This document shows positions 1 to 14,452 of a DNA stretch of 64,000 nt, in pieces. Numbering within the stretch: the first letter of the stretch is position 1; each line of letters begins with the position of its first letter. The DNA is from Octopus bimaculoides. Its lineage: Eukaryota. A model generated the notes under the pieces. It had not been told where the DNA came from. It searched no databases and saw only the letters and a program-made list of their open reading frames with translations. The stretch is from contig NC_068990.1 in the NCBI RefSeq assembly GCF_001194135.2, positions 85,158,416 through 85,222,415 on the forward strand, in the 5' to 3' direction. Position numbers and translations under genes: made by a program.

Positions 1-346
1 AAGAAAGTTGTTATAAATGACAAATAAACTACTAATTATTTTCTTAAGCTCCAAAGTGCTTGAGCTATTAATACACATATACATATTAGAATTAAGAACA
101 AGTGAGATAAATCTCTCTTTGTATAGGATCTACTTCAGAGATTTTCCCTGTCAATGAAATGAAACTCAACACTACAAGCCAATAAAATAGTTGATAATTC
201 CATAGCGATGCCACTGCTTCTCAATTTCGATTGGTGGATTTGACTGTTGCATTGGCTCTAAGCACATTATACTTTCTACGATAGTTTATTATTTATTAAC
301 CTCTTACTCTGTATTATAAATTGGAATATAATATTTAAACGCTTAC

Positions 347-454
347 CATTGGTCCTTTGCTTCCTCTCTTTCCAGCTCTGCCTCTCTTTCCTGGTTCTCC
401 TTTGGGTCCGATAGGTCCTGGTGATCCTAAATCTCCAATTTGTCCTTGATGACC
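347..454 (-). CDS. COL11A1-like: Collagen exon W51, 108 bp: [36 protein letters not shown]
   Basis: AG at 455-456, GTAAGC donor, phase 0, 12 triplets. Confidence 0.96.
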
Positions 455-2516
455 CTAAATTAGAACACTTAATTAGATTATCATTAGAACTGGCACATGT
501 CTTTTATGTCAAACATAATCTGCAGCATTTGAAAAGGGAGAATAGATGTGAGTCACTTCAGCAACGGTTAGTTGTAGATGTAGAACAGAAATATGGACTA
601 AGACATAAGGGAGTTTTATTAATGATGTTAGAGAGACGAGAAATAATTCTTATTCAGTTTAAGTCACCATTCTATCAGAGATAACATTCCCAAATGATTT
701 GGATCCTATTTACACTGGAGTGGCTGTGTGGTAAGTGCCTTGCTTACCAACCACATGGTTCCGGGTTCCATCCCACTGCGTGGCACCTTGGGCAAGTGTC
801 TTCTGCTATAGCCTCGGGCTGACTAAAGCCTTGTGAGTGGATTTGGTAGACAGAAACTGAAAGAAGCCCGTCGTATATATATATATATATATATATATAT
901 ATNNNNNNNNNNNNNNNNNNNNNNNNNNNNNNNNNNNNNNNNNNNNNNNNNNNNNNNNNNNNNTATGTGTGTGTTTGTGTGTCTGTGCTTGTCCCCCACT
1001 CCCCAACATCGCATGACAACCAATGCTGGTGTGCTTACATCCCCGTAACTTAGCGGTTCGGCAAAAGAGACCGATAGAATAAGTACTAGGCTTACAAAGA
1101 ATAAGTCCTAGGGTCGATTTGCTCAACTAAAGGTGATGCTCCAGCATGGCCGCAGTCAAATGACTGAAACAAGTAAAAGAGTAAAAGAGTATTGTCTGAA
1201 TGAAATGAGTTAAAAGGAAATAGACAGTTCTGATTAGAAGCTGTATAATATCTGCAGCAGTTCTGAATTTGAGATCCAGGAACATGCACACTAATATCAC
1301 ATCTATAGTTCGATATCTTGCCTCTACTATAGATTCAATTCATAAAAGGTTAAACTTTGGAATGTGGCATGAACAGGTTCATGCTATTTTATTAGCATTA
1401 TCCTGTGTTTGAGAATAAAATTATTTCCTTATCTGTATCTTTCAATACATCCCAACGCTTCTAAAGCAAACTTTGTTTGTTGACTTTCAATCTAAGTTGA
1501 ATTTAACATTGGAATATGCAATGTATATGAAAAAGGAAACACATGCACATTTATGGCTTTCATTGCTGTCTTTCTTTACTTGACATATAACTGTTTTTTT
1601 TGTCTTCTGTTTTACTATTTTCCCAACAAGATGTAATGCACTTAAGCACTGTATGCAATAAACTCCTTATTATTTAACATCTAGGCTTGCATGTCCACTA
1701 AAACCTAGCTAATGTCTAGTTACTATACCACATCATGGAGAATAAAACATAAATTATTGACCCTGTTGTTAGTAATTTGATATCCAATCAATTGCACCAA
1801 CTTCAAATTTCTTTTCATTGTGTTAATATAAAGTTTCTTTTCTTACCCAATACCAAATTACTTGTTTTTAAAAACTAGAATCATAAGCATATAACTGAAT
1901 TATTTAAACATATTAGGGTTTCTTTTTAAATTAACACAATATATGTGATAGAAGGGAAGAAGAGATTGGGCCTTATACAGAGGAGAACTGGGAATTTCTG
2001 TGAGTAGGCCTATAACCAGCAGCAGATGAGATTTATGGCTGGTGAAAGGTTCTAGCTAAATGGAAGGTGACATGGTGGTTGAATAGCATGTGAGATAGAG
2101 ATAATAAAAGATAAAAGAGAAGAGTGTAAACATTAGAAGAAAACTAGAGAAGTTAGGTGTTAGGCATTCTTAGCAAAGGTGAGAAGCTAAAAGTAATTCT
2201 TTGATGAGAGAAGAATTAGAAATATGAGATGTTTTAAATCGCAAAACAATGTACAAAGAGGATTTGAACGTCATTGGAGAGAAATGCATACAACATGACA
2301 GTAGCACTTATGATCTCACTGACGCTGAGAAGAGAAAGAGATGTGGAAATACTTCTATGAGACGTTGTTGGATTAAAAGAATGCATAGCAAGAGGGAGGG
2401 AGGGAGAGAGAGAGAGAGAAAGATAGAGAGAGAGAAAGAAAGAGAAAGAAAGAGAGAGAGAGAGAGAGAGAGAGNNNNNNNNNNNNNNNNNNNNNNNNNN
2501 NNNNNNNNNNNNNNNN

Positions 2517-2558
<42 letters not shown>

Positions 2559-4129
2559 ATGCTCCAAATAGACCCAATAATGGGACCAGCCAGTGAAGTT
2601 GACAGCAGTATGGTCAAAAGCACGAATATGGATATGAAGGCAGAAAAGGCAGCTGGAACATCAGGGACAGTCGTTGAGATGCTGAAAATATATGGTGAGG
2701 TAGGTCACATATTAAACATTTGCATATTCAGTCATATAGTACAGGGAGGTGTTGTACACAATGATTGATGTAAGAGTGTCATCTCCAATTGTTGCAAGGG
2801 TCAAAGAGATGTTCTGGTGTAGTGGTTCCCCACATTTTTTCTTTTAATGTTCTGCACCTCTCAGAAATGTTTGATTCATTTGTGCACCTTCTAACAAAAG
2901 TATTATCATAGGGAAATGAAAATTACCTAATTTATTTCTTTTTAAATCGAACCGCACACTGTACTGTGGGTTAAATTGAACTAAAAGAAAATGTGAACTG
3001 AGAAATTAGGAAAAGCTTCACACAATGAAATCAATCATAATTTTTAACAGAAAATGCAATGACTTGTTTGTTCCTGTTTCTTGTTCATGCTTTTATTAAA
3101 ACATGGAATTGTTTTGTTGATCGTGATCTTCAGCTCTGCTTTGTGGATTCAGGTGATTCCTAGCTTTTGTCTTCATTAGAACTGAATCCAGATTCACAAC
3201 AATATGACATTGTGAATAGAATAGAACAAAGTTCTTTATCATAATCACTTAAGGATTAACTCTACATCTATAGAATAACAACATTTTTGGTGTTTTTAAT
3301 AAGATAATGTTATTTTATCAAGAGATAATTAATTTTATTCTGAAAAGCAATTTTAATGATGTATATACTTTCTCTCTTGAAGCAAACCCTGAAATATCTC
3401 ATGCCCCCAGTAGGTGCATGATGGCATTTCAAGGAATACAACCAAAAGAAAATGTATATTTTATACCTAAATGGCTTTGATATGGCCAGTAAGACTCTAG
3501 GCTTCCTCCAGGCCATAACAGAGCTGCTTATGTCAATGATCTAAGTTCTTATGATTTGGAATACCTGCACTGGAAAGTGGCAAGTACAGAAGTATTAAAC
3601 TGATGGACCAGATCATGAAAGAGTGCAACTGGTTAGAAAGAAAAATGAGATGCAGTTCAGGTTTGTGTTGGGACAAGATACCATCAATAGCCTTTTCCCA
3701 GTGAGACAACTGCAAGCACTTTGCTAGAAGTAAGCCGCTATGTTTGAACATTCATTGACTCAGAGAGGGACTATGACAGAATGTCACGTTCTGTAATCTG
3801 GCGATTGCAAAGAAACTTAAAGGTAGATGAATGGTTTTTATGCTAAAGACCTCATGGTTGGCTCTCTGTCAATAGTTTATAAATGAATTTTTAAATTTAG
3901 AAACAAAGCTTAGAATGATGAGGTCTATGTATAAAGTTGATATAAATTTTCATAATATAATTTTTAACAAAGGAATATTAGTCATATATTTATATAATCT
4001 CTATACTGGATAAACAAGTTTCTTTATACTAACATTTTCAATATATTAAGCAATTATTTCACACACTTATATTTATCTCACTCTAGCTGGTGATAATATG
4101 AGTAATTTACTTGTCTTTCACCTAACACG

Positions 4130-4190
<61 letters not shown>

Positions 4191-5926
4191 TATATTTATC
4201 AATTACACATTAGCCCAATTTGCTTTAGAAAAGTGATACTATCTTTCTTTTTATGCTATATTTGAGTTAAGATTTGAATCCCACATATCAGGACAACGAA
4301 CACTTGGCCTCTAATATATGTGAGGCACAGAGCTGTGCCTCCACACTGTAACCTATATACGGTTGTATATTAGAAATGAATGCATCTTGCTATAAATACA
4401 GTGAAACACTAGTGACATGATTTCAATTCCTCCAAGAGTTTGGGAAGATAGGAAAATACTCCACCAGGCGGCTACTTGTGATTCTTTAAAAGAACTAAAA
4501 CTCCATATGTACCTTGGCACCTTTCACTCCGGAGTCTCCTTTAAGTCCTGCTGGGCCTCTGGGTCCCTGAAAAGTAAAGAATGAACAGGTTAGTAGAATA
4601 TAAGGATATAAATATGACATAGAAACCAAAACAAAATATGTGTGTGTGTATGTATGTTGATATATATATATATATAGGTAATATCCAGGGATCCATGTTT
4701 GTNNNNNNNNNNACGATGATGATGATGATGATGATATATATATATATATAAGTGGTAACCTTATGAAGCATGTTCAGTTTCCCACCTGCGTAGGATCGAT
4801 GCAGGATGGATTGAAACAATCATTGTGAGTAATAAAGTTTGTCATATATTCCATTTTCCATGTCTATCGTTTGTTTTATATATATATACTTCCCCACACA
4901 ACACACATAAACATATACATATAACATATGTTGTACACCTGACAAGATATATCTGCAGTGCCGGATGTTCCTGAACCAGTTGTTGAGTGTTCCACCCATG
5001 AAAGATTAATGCTTGATGGGTCAAAACAATTGTTGCGATTAATAATAATAAATTCTCCTATATTCCATCTTCCACCTTTTATTTGCCACACACACACACA
5101 CACACACACATATTAGTATTTAGCAGAAGTAGTAGAGTGGCTCAAGGTCTGAGAGTTTTGGGCATTGCCACCCCACCTAACAAACTATAAATATATCTAC
5201 ACACACATATATACATATATGTATAATATATGTGATGGTTGTACACTCATGACCGAGGAAGACGATCACTGACCATTAAGAACATTGTGCACACAGACAA
5301 CTTTATACTTTACATTTATGGTTTCAATGGTGACTAATGAGCCCAGTTTTTAATGAACAAATACATCCACAGATATTGTCAAGCAAGCTCCCCACTACAC
5401 ACACACATTATTTGTTTCTATTTTCTAATCAGTAGAAAGTTACAAAAATCAAGAATTTCACACACACCACTTTGATCATTAGAGTATTTAATAGGCAAAC
5501 AAATAGACATACTATTATGTCCTTCAATTTAAAAGTCAGTGACCAAAGCTGGCCCCTTGAATTACTAGCACAGGCCATGAAAAGGGCTTCTATAGAGCTT
5601 CTGTGTATCCAATTTTAGTTGCAGTCCTGAATGAAGAAATCCACATGTAATGTCATTGAATCCAGGACCATGTAATTATAAAGTAAACTTCTTATTGTTT
5701 GCCCTATTAATAAAATGTATATTTATATATTTTTATGCACATGATCTCCCATACTTACTGGCAATCCTTTCATTCCAGGTTCACCTGCTGGTCCAATAGG
5801 TCCACTCTCACCCTAGAAAAATACAAAATAAAAAATACATATTTATTGTGGTAAAACAGTATTATTATGATAACATACAAATTACAAGGGAAGTATATTT
5901 ACATTTATATACGTATATCATTTCCG

Positions 5927-6005
<79 letters not shown>

Positions 6006-9000
6006 GTTCCATTTACATTTAGTGATCAGTACTTCATTATGCAGCTGTCTTCTCTCTTGCATACAACATCTGATTCCTCTTATGTCCAATTACTAATTTT
6101 TTTTCTGATTATATTTGCACTTTGTTGAATGTGTACCCTGGCATCGTATATCCAGCAGATCATTTTAGCTTCATTTCTTTCTAGTCTTCATTTGTCCTTT
6201 GTATTTACATGCTGTTCATACAGAAGCATCATACAATCTGCTTTTCACTACAAGAACAAGGTCATCTCATTAGTACAGAGAAGTTCCCATGGGCCACTGG
6301 TCTTTAATTCCTCTGTTATGACCAGGATAAATTGGAGGGAAATGAGAGTTGAGCCCTGGTGAACTCCTACCTGCACACTAAATTTACTGCTGTACTCATT
6401 GCTAACTCTCATCTTACTGACAACATCCATGTACATGGCTTGAATAACACCAGATTTCTCCACACACTTTGATTATTTTCATTCCTGCATTTGAAAAAAG
6501 GTAATTTTTTTCTGAAATATTGGATCATTAGGCAATCTAGGTGAGGTAATACAATATCTTTTCTTTTTTTTTTTCATTCATTGACATCATTTCACATATT
6601 TTGTTTAGCTCTTTGCCTGCATCGATTGCTCAAAAGGTTTTGCAAACATTTATCGTTTCCACACATGGCAGTGCTGCAAACAAATTACAATACTCACATA
6701 TTCAATATAATTTTCCTCACTTATAATTTTTTGTGCATTTTCAATTGTGTATTCACAATTGTCAGCGCTCATATTATTATAATTTTCAGTATATTTTACT
6801 ATGTTTTAATTTTAATATAATTTTTAGTAATCTTATAGCTTTTCATCTGATTAAACTAAGACAAATAACAATGATATAACTATTGTTAAGGAACACCAAA
6901 TAGAAACAGTTATTGATAAGACAAACACATCTGTAGATACTGATGATCAGTTCACTTACCACTGGTCCTGGTTGTCCACGAAGTCCCTTGTTTCCTACTG
7001 GTCCAAGTGGTCCCTATTTTTCAAGGAAGATTAAAGAATAGAAAATAAAAATGCATGTAAATTATTGAGTACTACTAGCGTAGTTAATAATTACAACTCA
7101 CAGCTAAATTTTTTTGTTAATTTAGTGTTTAAACTAAAAGACTCAGTAAAAGTATGTGAATGGTTTATCAAGAGAATAATATGATAGTCTGAGCATCGGA
7201 TAAAATGCTTTGCAGTATTTGTTCTAAGTATTTATGCCCTAAGTTCAAATTCCACATAGGTCAACATTTCCTTTCATCCTTCTGGGTCGATAAGAAAAAG
7301 TACTGTAATTGACCAATCACCTCCTCTCGATATTTCTCACTCCGTGCTTAAATAAGAAACCATTATCTGAAAGCAACTGACCAACTCAATGTTTACTGTT
7401 AATATGGAAGTCACGTAGGATGTTTTTAGAGAAAAACTTAGGTGCTCAAATGAAGTTTTGCTATTTCCCAAGCAATCTCAAAAGAATCATCTTTGAAAAG
7501 ATGCATTTACATTTACTTAAATGGCTTCCTATGATTTTCAAAAGTAGTCTAAGATGGAGGGTCCTGGAGCTATGCAAAGTGTATAATTCAGAGCAGGGTC
7601 AATGTCTGTCAAGTGACTATTATATGGTCCTTGTATCACTATACAGCAGCAGAAGATATCTATATAATCTGGAAATCAGTATACAGCAGCAAGTGGATGA
7701 TACATAATCCATGTTTGTTATATAGTTTCCATATCATAATACATTATGCACCAGGTGAATGTCATATAATTTCTGCATCTTTATACAACACTAAGCGAAT
7801 GTTATATACCTTTTGTGCTATAAAGCATCAAGTGAAAGTTATATAGTTACTCTGTCATTAAACAGCATTGGAATAATGTTAAACATTCTTTGTGTCATCA
7901 AATGGTACCAGGTGATATTTATATAATCTAGGTGTTAGTGAAGAGCACAAGATGATCGTTATATAATCCTGCCCTTATGTGGTCTGTTATGCACCATGAT
8001 TCCTGGAGATCATGACATTAAGGTATAAGACTATAACATGACGAGTTCAAAGTTATACTAGAATTATTGCAAATAAGAAGAGAGGATAATAATACATACA
8101 CTAGGTCCTGGTGGACCTTGCTGTCCCATAGGTCCAGGAAAACCACGGTCACCTTTCTTGCCAATTTCTCCAGCGACTCCTTGAAGTCCAGGGCTACCAG
8201 CTGGTCCCTATGAACAAAACAAACAATTATAAAGACTAAGGGTAGATGATTTTTCAGAGACAACATAAACTTTTATTTGACAATTATTTAACAGAAATAT
8301 TAAAAAAAGAGCCTTCCTACATGTTTGCATATTTGCCCTAGTGGGGGAATGTACAGAACAAAAAAAAAACCCTTTGAAGTCATGAATCTTCATTCAAGAA
8401 TTCATAAATAAATGTGGGTTCATTTTCTACATCGTCTTCCACATCACAATGTGATTTAACATTTATTATCTGGAATTTGTTAAAATAGAAATGGTTTTTA
8501 TATATGGTATTTGAAGGCATATAAGATGCACTTCTTTCCTCCAAAAATGTCTCGAAAGGCATCCTGAATTCTATATATGAAGTTGGGCCAATATTATAAG
8601 CCTAAATATGCTTTAAAATTTTTTTCCTAAATATGCACTGCATCTGATATGCCAGTGCGTCTTTTATGCCATCAAATATGGTAAATTGCATATATTATTT
8701 TGATAATCTCCAAAGCCTTTCATTTAAAATTTTAAAAACAGATGGAAGAAAATAAGTTTACCTGTTTTCCTGTTAAACCTGGTAATCCAGTTTCACCTTG
8801 GGCACCGAGTGGTCCCTATAATATAAAAAGTAAAGAATACATAAAGGGAAAAATAAAGTAATTGAAGAAGGTGCTGTAGATCAGGGGTTTTCAAACTGTG
8901 GTCTGCAAACCACAGGGGGTCCGCAAGGACAAGACAGGGGGTCCATGGACAGCAAATACTTTTTATGGGCAATTTGATTTTATATATGTTTTTTAATCGA

Positions 9001-12000
9001 AATCTTTTAATTGACAATAAACCTATTTGTTAAATACTGTTAAATAAATAAATGTAAAAATATATGTTATTTTAAGCAAATATTTATGTATAAATTTCAT
9101 AAGCATTTATAAGGGGGTCCCTAAGGTAAAGCCTAAAATATAAAGGGGTCTGCAAGTCAAAAAGTTTGAAAACCCCTGCTGTAGATCAAGTCAATTTAAT
9201 AAAGGATATACATGTGCTTGAGCACTGCTGGTATTTAGCATGGGTAATCATCAGTGATGGTCTTCCTTGGTCACAAGTGGACACCCATTATCATCCATCA
9301 TCATACATATATATACGAGTTGCCATGATTAATCAATAAATCCACAACTTTTTTTTTATTCTCTTTCTGTTTATTTCTTCTGTTAAAGAGCGTAGGCTCG
9401 AAATGTAAAAGACTTTCTCAGTTTCCTGATCATCAAAGTAATACACCTGCTTGTTGTTTATACAACTGTCTTCGCCTTTTGTTTTTCTGTAAATTTCAAC
9501 TATATATATATATATATATATATNNNNNNNNNNNNNNNNNNNNNNNNNNNNNNNNNNNNNNNNNNNNNNNNNNNNNNNNNNNNNNNNNNNNNNNNNNNNN
9601 NNNNNNNNNNNNNNNTATATATATAGTTGAAATTTATATATGTATATGTGTATATGTATGTATGTATGTATGTATGTGTATGTATGTATGTATAACATGG
9701 TATACTATTCTGTGAAGATAAGATTAAAAAAAAAAAAAAGTACTCCATCCGGCAAGAGATAAATATTGTTTAATGCACATATTTTTATGAACTACTTCAG
9801 AGCCTGAAGATTGCATGAAATCTCTTGTCGTGAACAACAAATGAAGATTTAGTAAAATAAAATATTGATCATGTTCTATGGACATGAATGTCTCTTGAGG
9901 CCTGCTGGCGCCTTGCAAGCCTTTTGGCAAATGGAACAAGTTGAGGACTCAGTTTGCTTGTGTGCTTGTGGGTCATTTACTATATATGTTTATGTATATA
10001 TATATAAATCTCCTCATCATTACTTTTGTAACATCCACTTCTCCATGGTTTGCATAATGGTGTCACTTATTTACAGCCACCTCATCATGTTAAGAGAAGG
10101 AGTAAACACATGCAGACACACATACACAGATAGACACACACATAAAAATATATAAATGATGCTTCTGTCAATCAAAATCACTCACAAAGCTCTGATTGAA
10201 CTGGGGCTATAGCAGAAAACACCTGTCCATGATATTCATTTTTGGATTGGTATTTTAGAGAAATTTTAAGAGTAAAAACAAAACATTTACTAGTAAAATA
10301 AACTGTGGCAAAACTGATTTTATTTTATTTATAAAACCTTTATTAAGTACATTTAGTGTGTTTTACTTACAATAGTTCCTTGTAGTCCATCTTTTCCATC
10401 AGTACCAGGTCGACCTGCTTCACCCTAAACAGGAGAAAAAGGACAAATGATTAATTGTGGCATCTGATATATATATACATATATGCTTAGATCATCATCA
10501 TCATCATCATCATCGTTTAACGTCCGCTTTCCATGCTAGCATGGGTTGGACGATTTGACTGAGGACTGGTGAAACCGGATGGCAACACCAGTCCTCAGTC
10601 CAGAATTTTTTAACGGTTTGTTCTGGAGAAAGGGGCAGTGCTCATGTCCCTTGCAGACCATCTGAGATTTGAGAAAGATGTGGATATGAATCTTATACAC
10701 AAAGAAAAAAAGCAGAGCTGAGAAAATATTACAGACCTGTTTGTTAGTTATAACATCTATAATTTTGTCATTGATTTGAGTATAATTTACTGAATTAATC
10801 ACAAAATTGTAATGAGTCTTTCTTCTTAGCCACTCTAGATTAATAAAATACGGAGATGATTTTTAAAATGAGAATATCTGAAATAAACCTGACTGCTCTC
10901 ACAAACGAGAATACTAAAAATGAACCTGACCACTCTCAAAAAAATTAAGTAAAAAAAAAACAGGAAAAATAATCCAGAATTCTCGTTCGGTACTGGATTG
11001 ATCTCATAATCAGTTCATGCCAGTCATGACTTCAAACATCCCTGGAAGTTTCATACGAATTCATCCAGCAGTTCTTGAGAGATCTTGTCCATGGAGAAAC
11101 AAACAAATATGACTGAAAACAATATCTCTGCCTTTGCTAAGGGGGAGGTAACAACGCAAGAAATGCCAAAAAGGAGGTATTGTGTACTTTAAGCTTAGGA
11201 AGACAAAGCGACAAAGGTCTCAGGGGTGTTGAGCACCACCACTCTCACTGATTGCTTGATGTTATCATAATAAGAAGAAAACCACCCTTAAATCACACCT
11301 ACCCTCATGCAGGTGGAAAGATATGCTGGACAGTGTCGAGGAAAAATTATTTTAAAAAATAAAAGAAAAAATTATCTTACCTTTGCACCAGCATTACCGA
11401 GGGGTCCAGGTGGTCCAGGATAGCCAACAACACCCTAAAATTAAATGACAGGAAGAAATATATAAATCAATATTAAAATAATATATAGGTGATGTAGTTA
11501 TAGATAATGGGGATTATTATTGTTGAAATATAAATAAACAGGAAGAGAGACAAGCTAAGCATGGAATGCCTACATGATTGCATAATCAGTTAGAACATAA
11601 GGCAATGTAGCATATTCAATAAAGTTATATAAAAAATATCTAAAAAATGAAAGAAAATTTCCTAATGACTATGAGGTTGAACAGGGAAACAACGGCAAAA
11701 TCTTAAACTTACAGGTTCTCCTTTCGGTCCATCAGGGCCTCGTGGTCCTCTGGTACCAACTTTTCCTTGCAGACCTGTCTTACCCATGTCTCCTTTTTGT
11801 CCAATATTACCCGGAAGACCCTGAAATATAAGTGTAAATAATAATAGAAAAAAAAAAGATGAGAGGCTGAGAAAGAATGGAAAATAGTTGAGAAGAACTT
11901 TGGGTAAAATATTTTGCACTGAGGACATTTGTTATTTCCAATTTGATATATAATTTGAGAATTATGCAAGGCCCCTTCCTTCAGTTCTTCAAAGAAGTGA

Positions 12001-14368
12001 AAGTGTCTTCTTCAAAACATTTTTTCCCCTGTAAAATGAATTTAAACTTATGAGATATGTTAACTCTTTCCTGAATGACCAGAATCTATTGTGTTGCTGC
12101 TTAAATATGGCTTTTGTACAAATAAATTAATGTAATATAAGTTGCTGTCCTTTCTGGAATAGGAAGCTAATCCACTACAAATAACTTCACCCAGCAGCTA
12201 AAAGACCTTGCACTTTCCATAAGTAATAATTAAATTAACAATAAATATCTTCCTTTCTCTGGAATACAATGCTAACTTCATTGCAAGTAAATTATTTTCA
12301 TACAGTTAAGTGCTAAACTTTGGTTCCTGTAGAATGAAGCAGATAAGTGACAATTTACTCTTCCACTACTAGGATACATATATATGGGTTAGAGGAGAAG
12401 GTTAATGGCACAGTGGTTAGAATATCAGGCGCAAAACTATGAGGTGGTGTGTTGATTCCTGGATTGGCCAATGTATCGTGTTCTTGAGCAAAACACTTTA
12501 TTTCACATTGCTCCAGTTCACTCAGCTGTAGAAGTGAGTTGCGACATCACTGGTGCCAAGCTGTATCGGCCTTTGCTTTATCCCTTAGATAACATCATTG
12601 GTGTGGAGAGGGGAGGCTGATATGCATGGGCAGCTGCTGGTCTTCCATAAACGACCATGCCCGGACAGGACTTGTGCTTTGGAGGGGTACTTTTTAGGTG
12701 CAATCCCATGGTCATTCAGGACCGAGGAGATGGGCATACATTAGTATGCAACCACTAACAATATAGATATATTAATAAGTGACCTCTAGCAAATGGATTA
12801 TATTTACAAGTAGGCCTTTGAAAGAATATGTTAATAGTTCATGTCAGGCATGATGTTACCATGTGACACTTGCCAGAATATATTAACACATGAAATATGT
12901 CTGACTTTTGACATTTAAAATATATTTACAGATAATCTTTGGCATAATATTAACAAATGACCTCTAAGAAGATACCAACATGCAACTATTGACAGAATAT
13001 GTCAACGTATGAGCTAGAATGTTAATATGTGACTGATGCCAGAATCTGTTGACATTTAACCTTTGACACATTATGTTAACACTTCACTTTTGATGGAATA
13101 TATCAACATTTGACCTGACATGTGTTAATATATAATTTATGACTTTAAGAATATTATCATCTTCAATGCTCTTCCTCAACAACCAAATACTTACAACTTC
13201 TCCTTCTTTTCCGGGTATACCAGGAGGTCCTGATGAACCAGGGGCTCCTTTCTCTCCCAATGGTCCTTGAGGGCCAGTATTTCCAGGTACACCAGGTGGT
13301 CCCTGAAATGAATAAAATTAGAATATATTGTAAGTTATTACAAAAAATTTATATAGAAGATGCCTGCATGAACACACACACTTTCCTACCATTTGAACTC
13401 TTAAACATGGCGACTAATGAATGTACAACAACAGCAAAAGTTTTTGACTCCTCATCTACGATCCACATATAAAAAAAAAGAGAAGAAAAAGAACACTGTC
13501 TTGAAAGATAACATAAAATGCAGGCTCACAAATTCCCTTTCTGCCACCAAGTATATGTGTACAAGAATGACACTTCCAGAACTTGCAATTTCTCAAATGG
13601 AGTACCCTAAGGAATTTTCCCTTCATCTACTCTTTTCATCTTATACTTACATGATTTTCCAATTCCTCCACAGACAGACAGTCTTGCATGCAGAAAACAT
13701 CATACACACAGTCTTCTTGTATTCTTCAGACACTGCTGCATAACTGCTAATTAACATGGCATCAAAATACATGGCTTGCATATCTCTAATTTAAGGCTTC
13801 CAGACAATACTGCTCTACTTGGCAAGACTGAAGCTGGACTACAAGAAATGACAATCGAAACACTATCAAACACACATGGTCTTTATCTCAACCACAAGAA
13901 AACAAAAGCCATAGTAGTAAGGAAAGAGAAGGTAAATGCTAGCATTAAACTGGTAGGGACCATGGTGGTAGTGTTATCAGGTATCTCCTCCTTTGGATCA
14001 TATCAGAGACTCTGGATATTATTCAACTGAGACTGGATATTATTCAACCGTTTCATTCTTGGTCTACCTTTAAGTCTCCTGCTGGTTGTCTTGACATGAA
14101 GATTTCATCTTGCAATGATTCTTTCCTGTAACATTCTTATCATGTACCTGTAGTGCTGGAGCTGTGACCTCTCAATGCAAAGATGTAGTGGATCAACCTG
14201 GAGAGACTCTTTGATCTCCAAACTATGCACCAAAATACCCTTTGAAGGAACCCCATCTCAGCCACTTGCATTTATGATTGCACTCTTTCAGCCTTTATCC
14301 AACATTCATGACAATAGGTGAGTTGCATCTGGCTAAACATACATTTACACACACACACACACACACAT

Positions 14369-14452
<84 letters not shown>

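Noticed and set aside
2234-2623. ORFs of 64-129 aa with poly-ER or poly-LS
   Set aside because: Translations of the (GA)n microsatellite and its N gap
4755-5065. Two short GC-richer blocks resembling Penelope-like terminal repeats
   Set aside because: Resemblance only, with no second copy in the window to support a call
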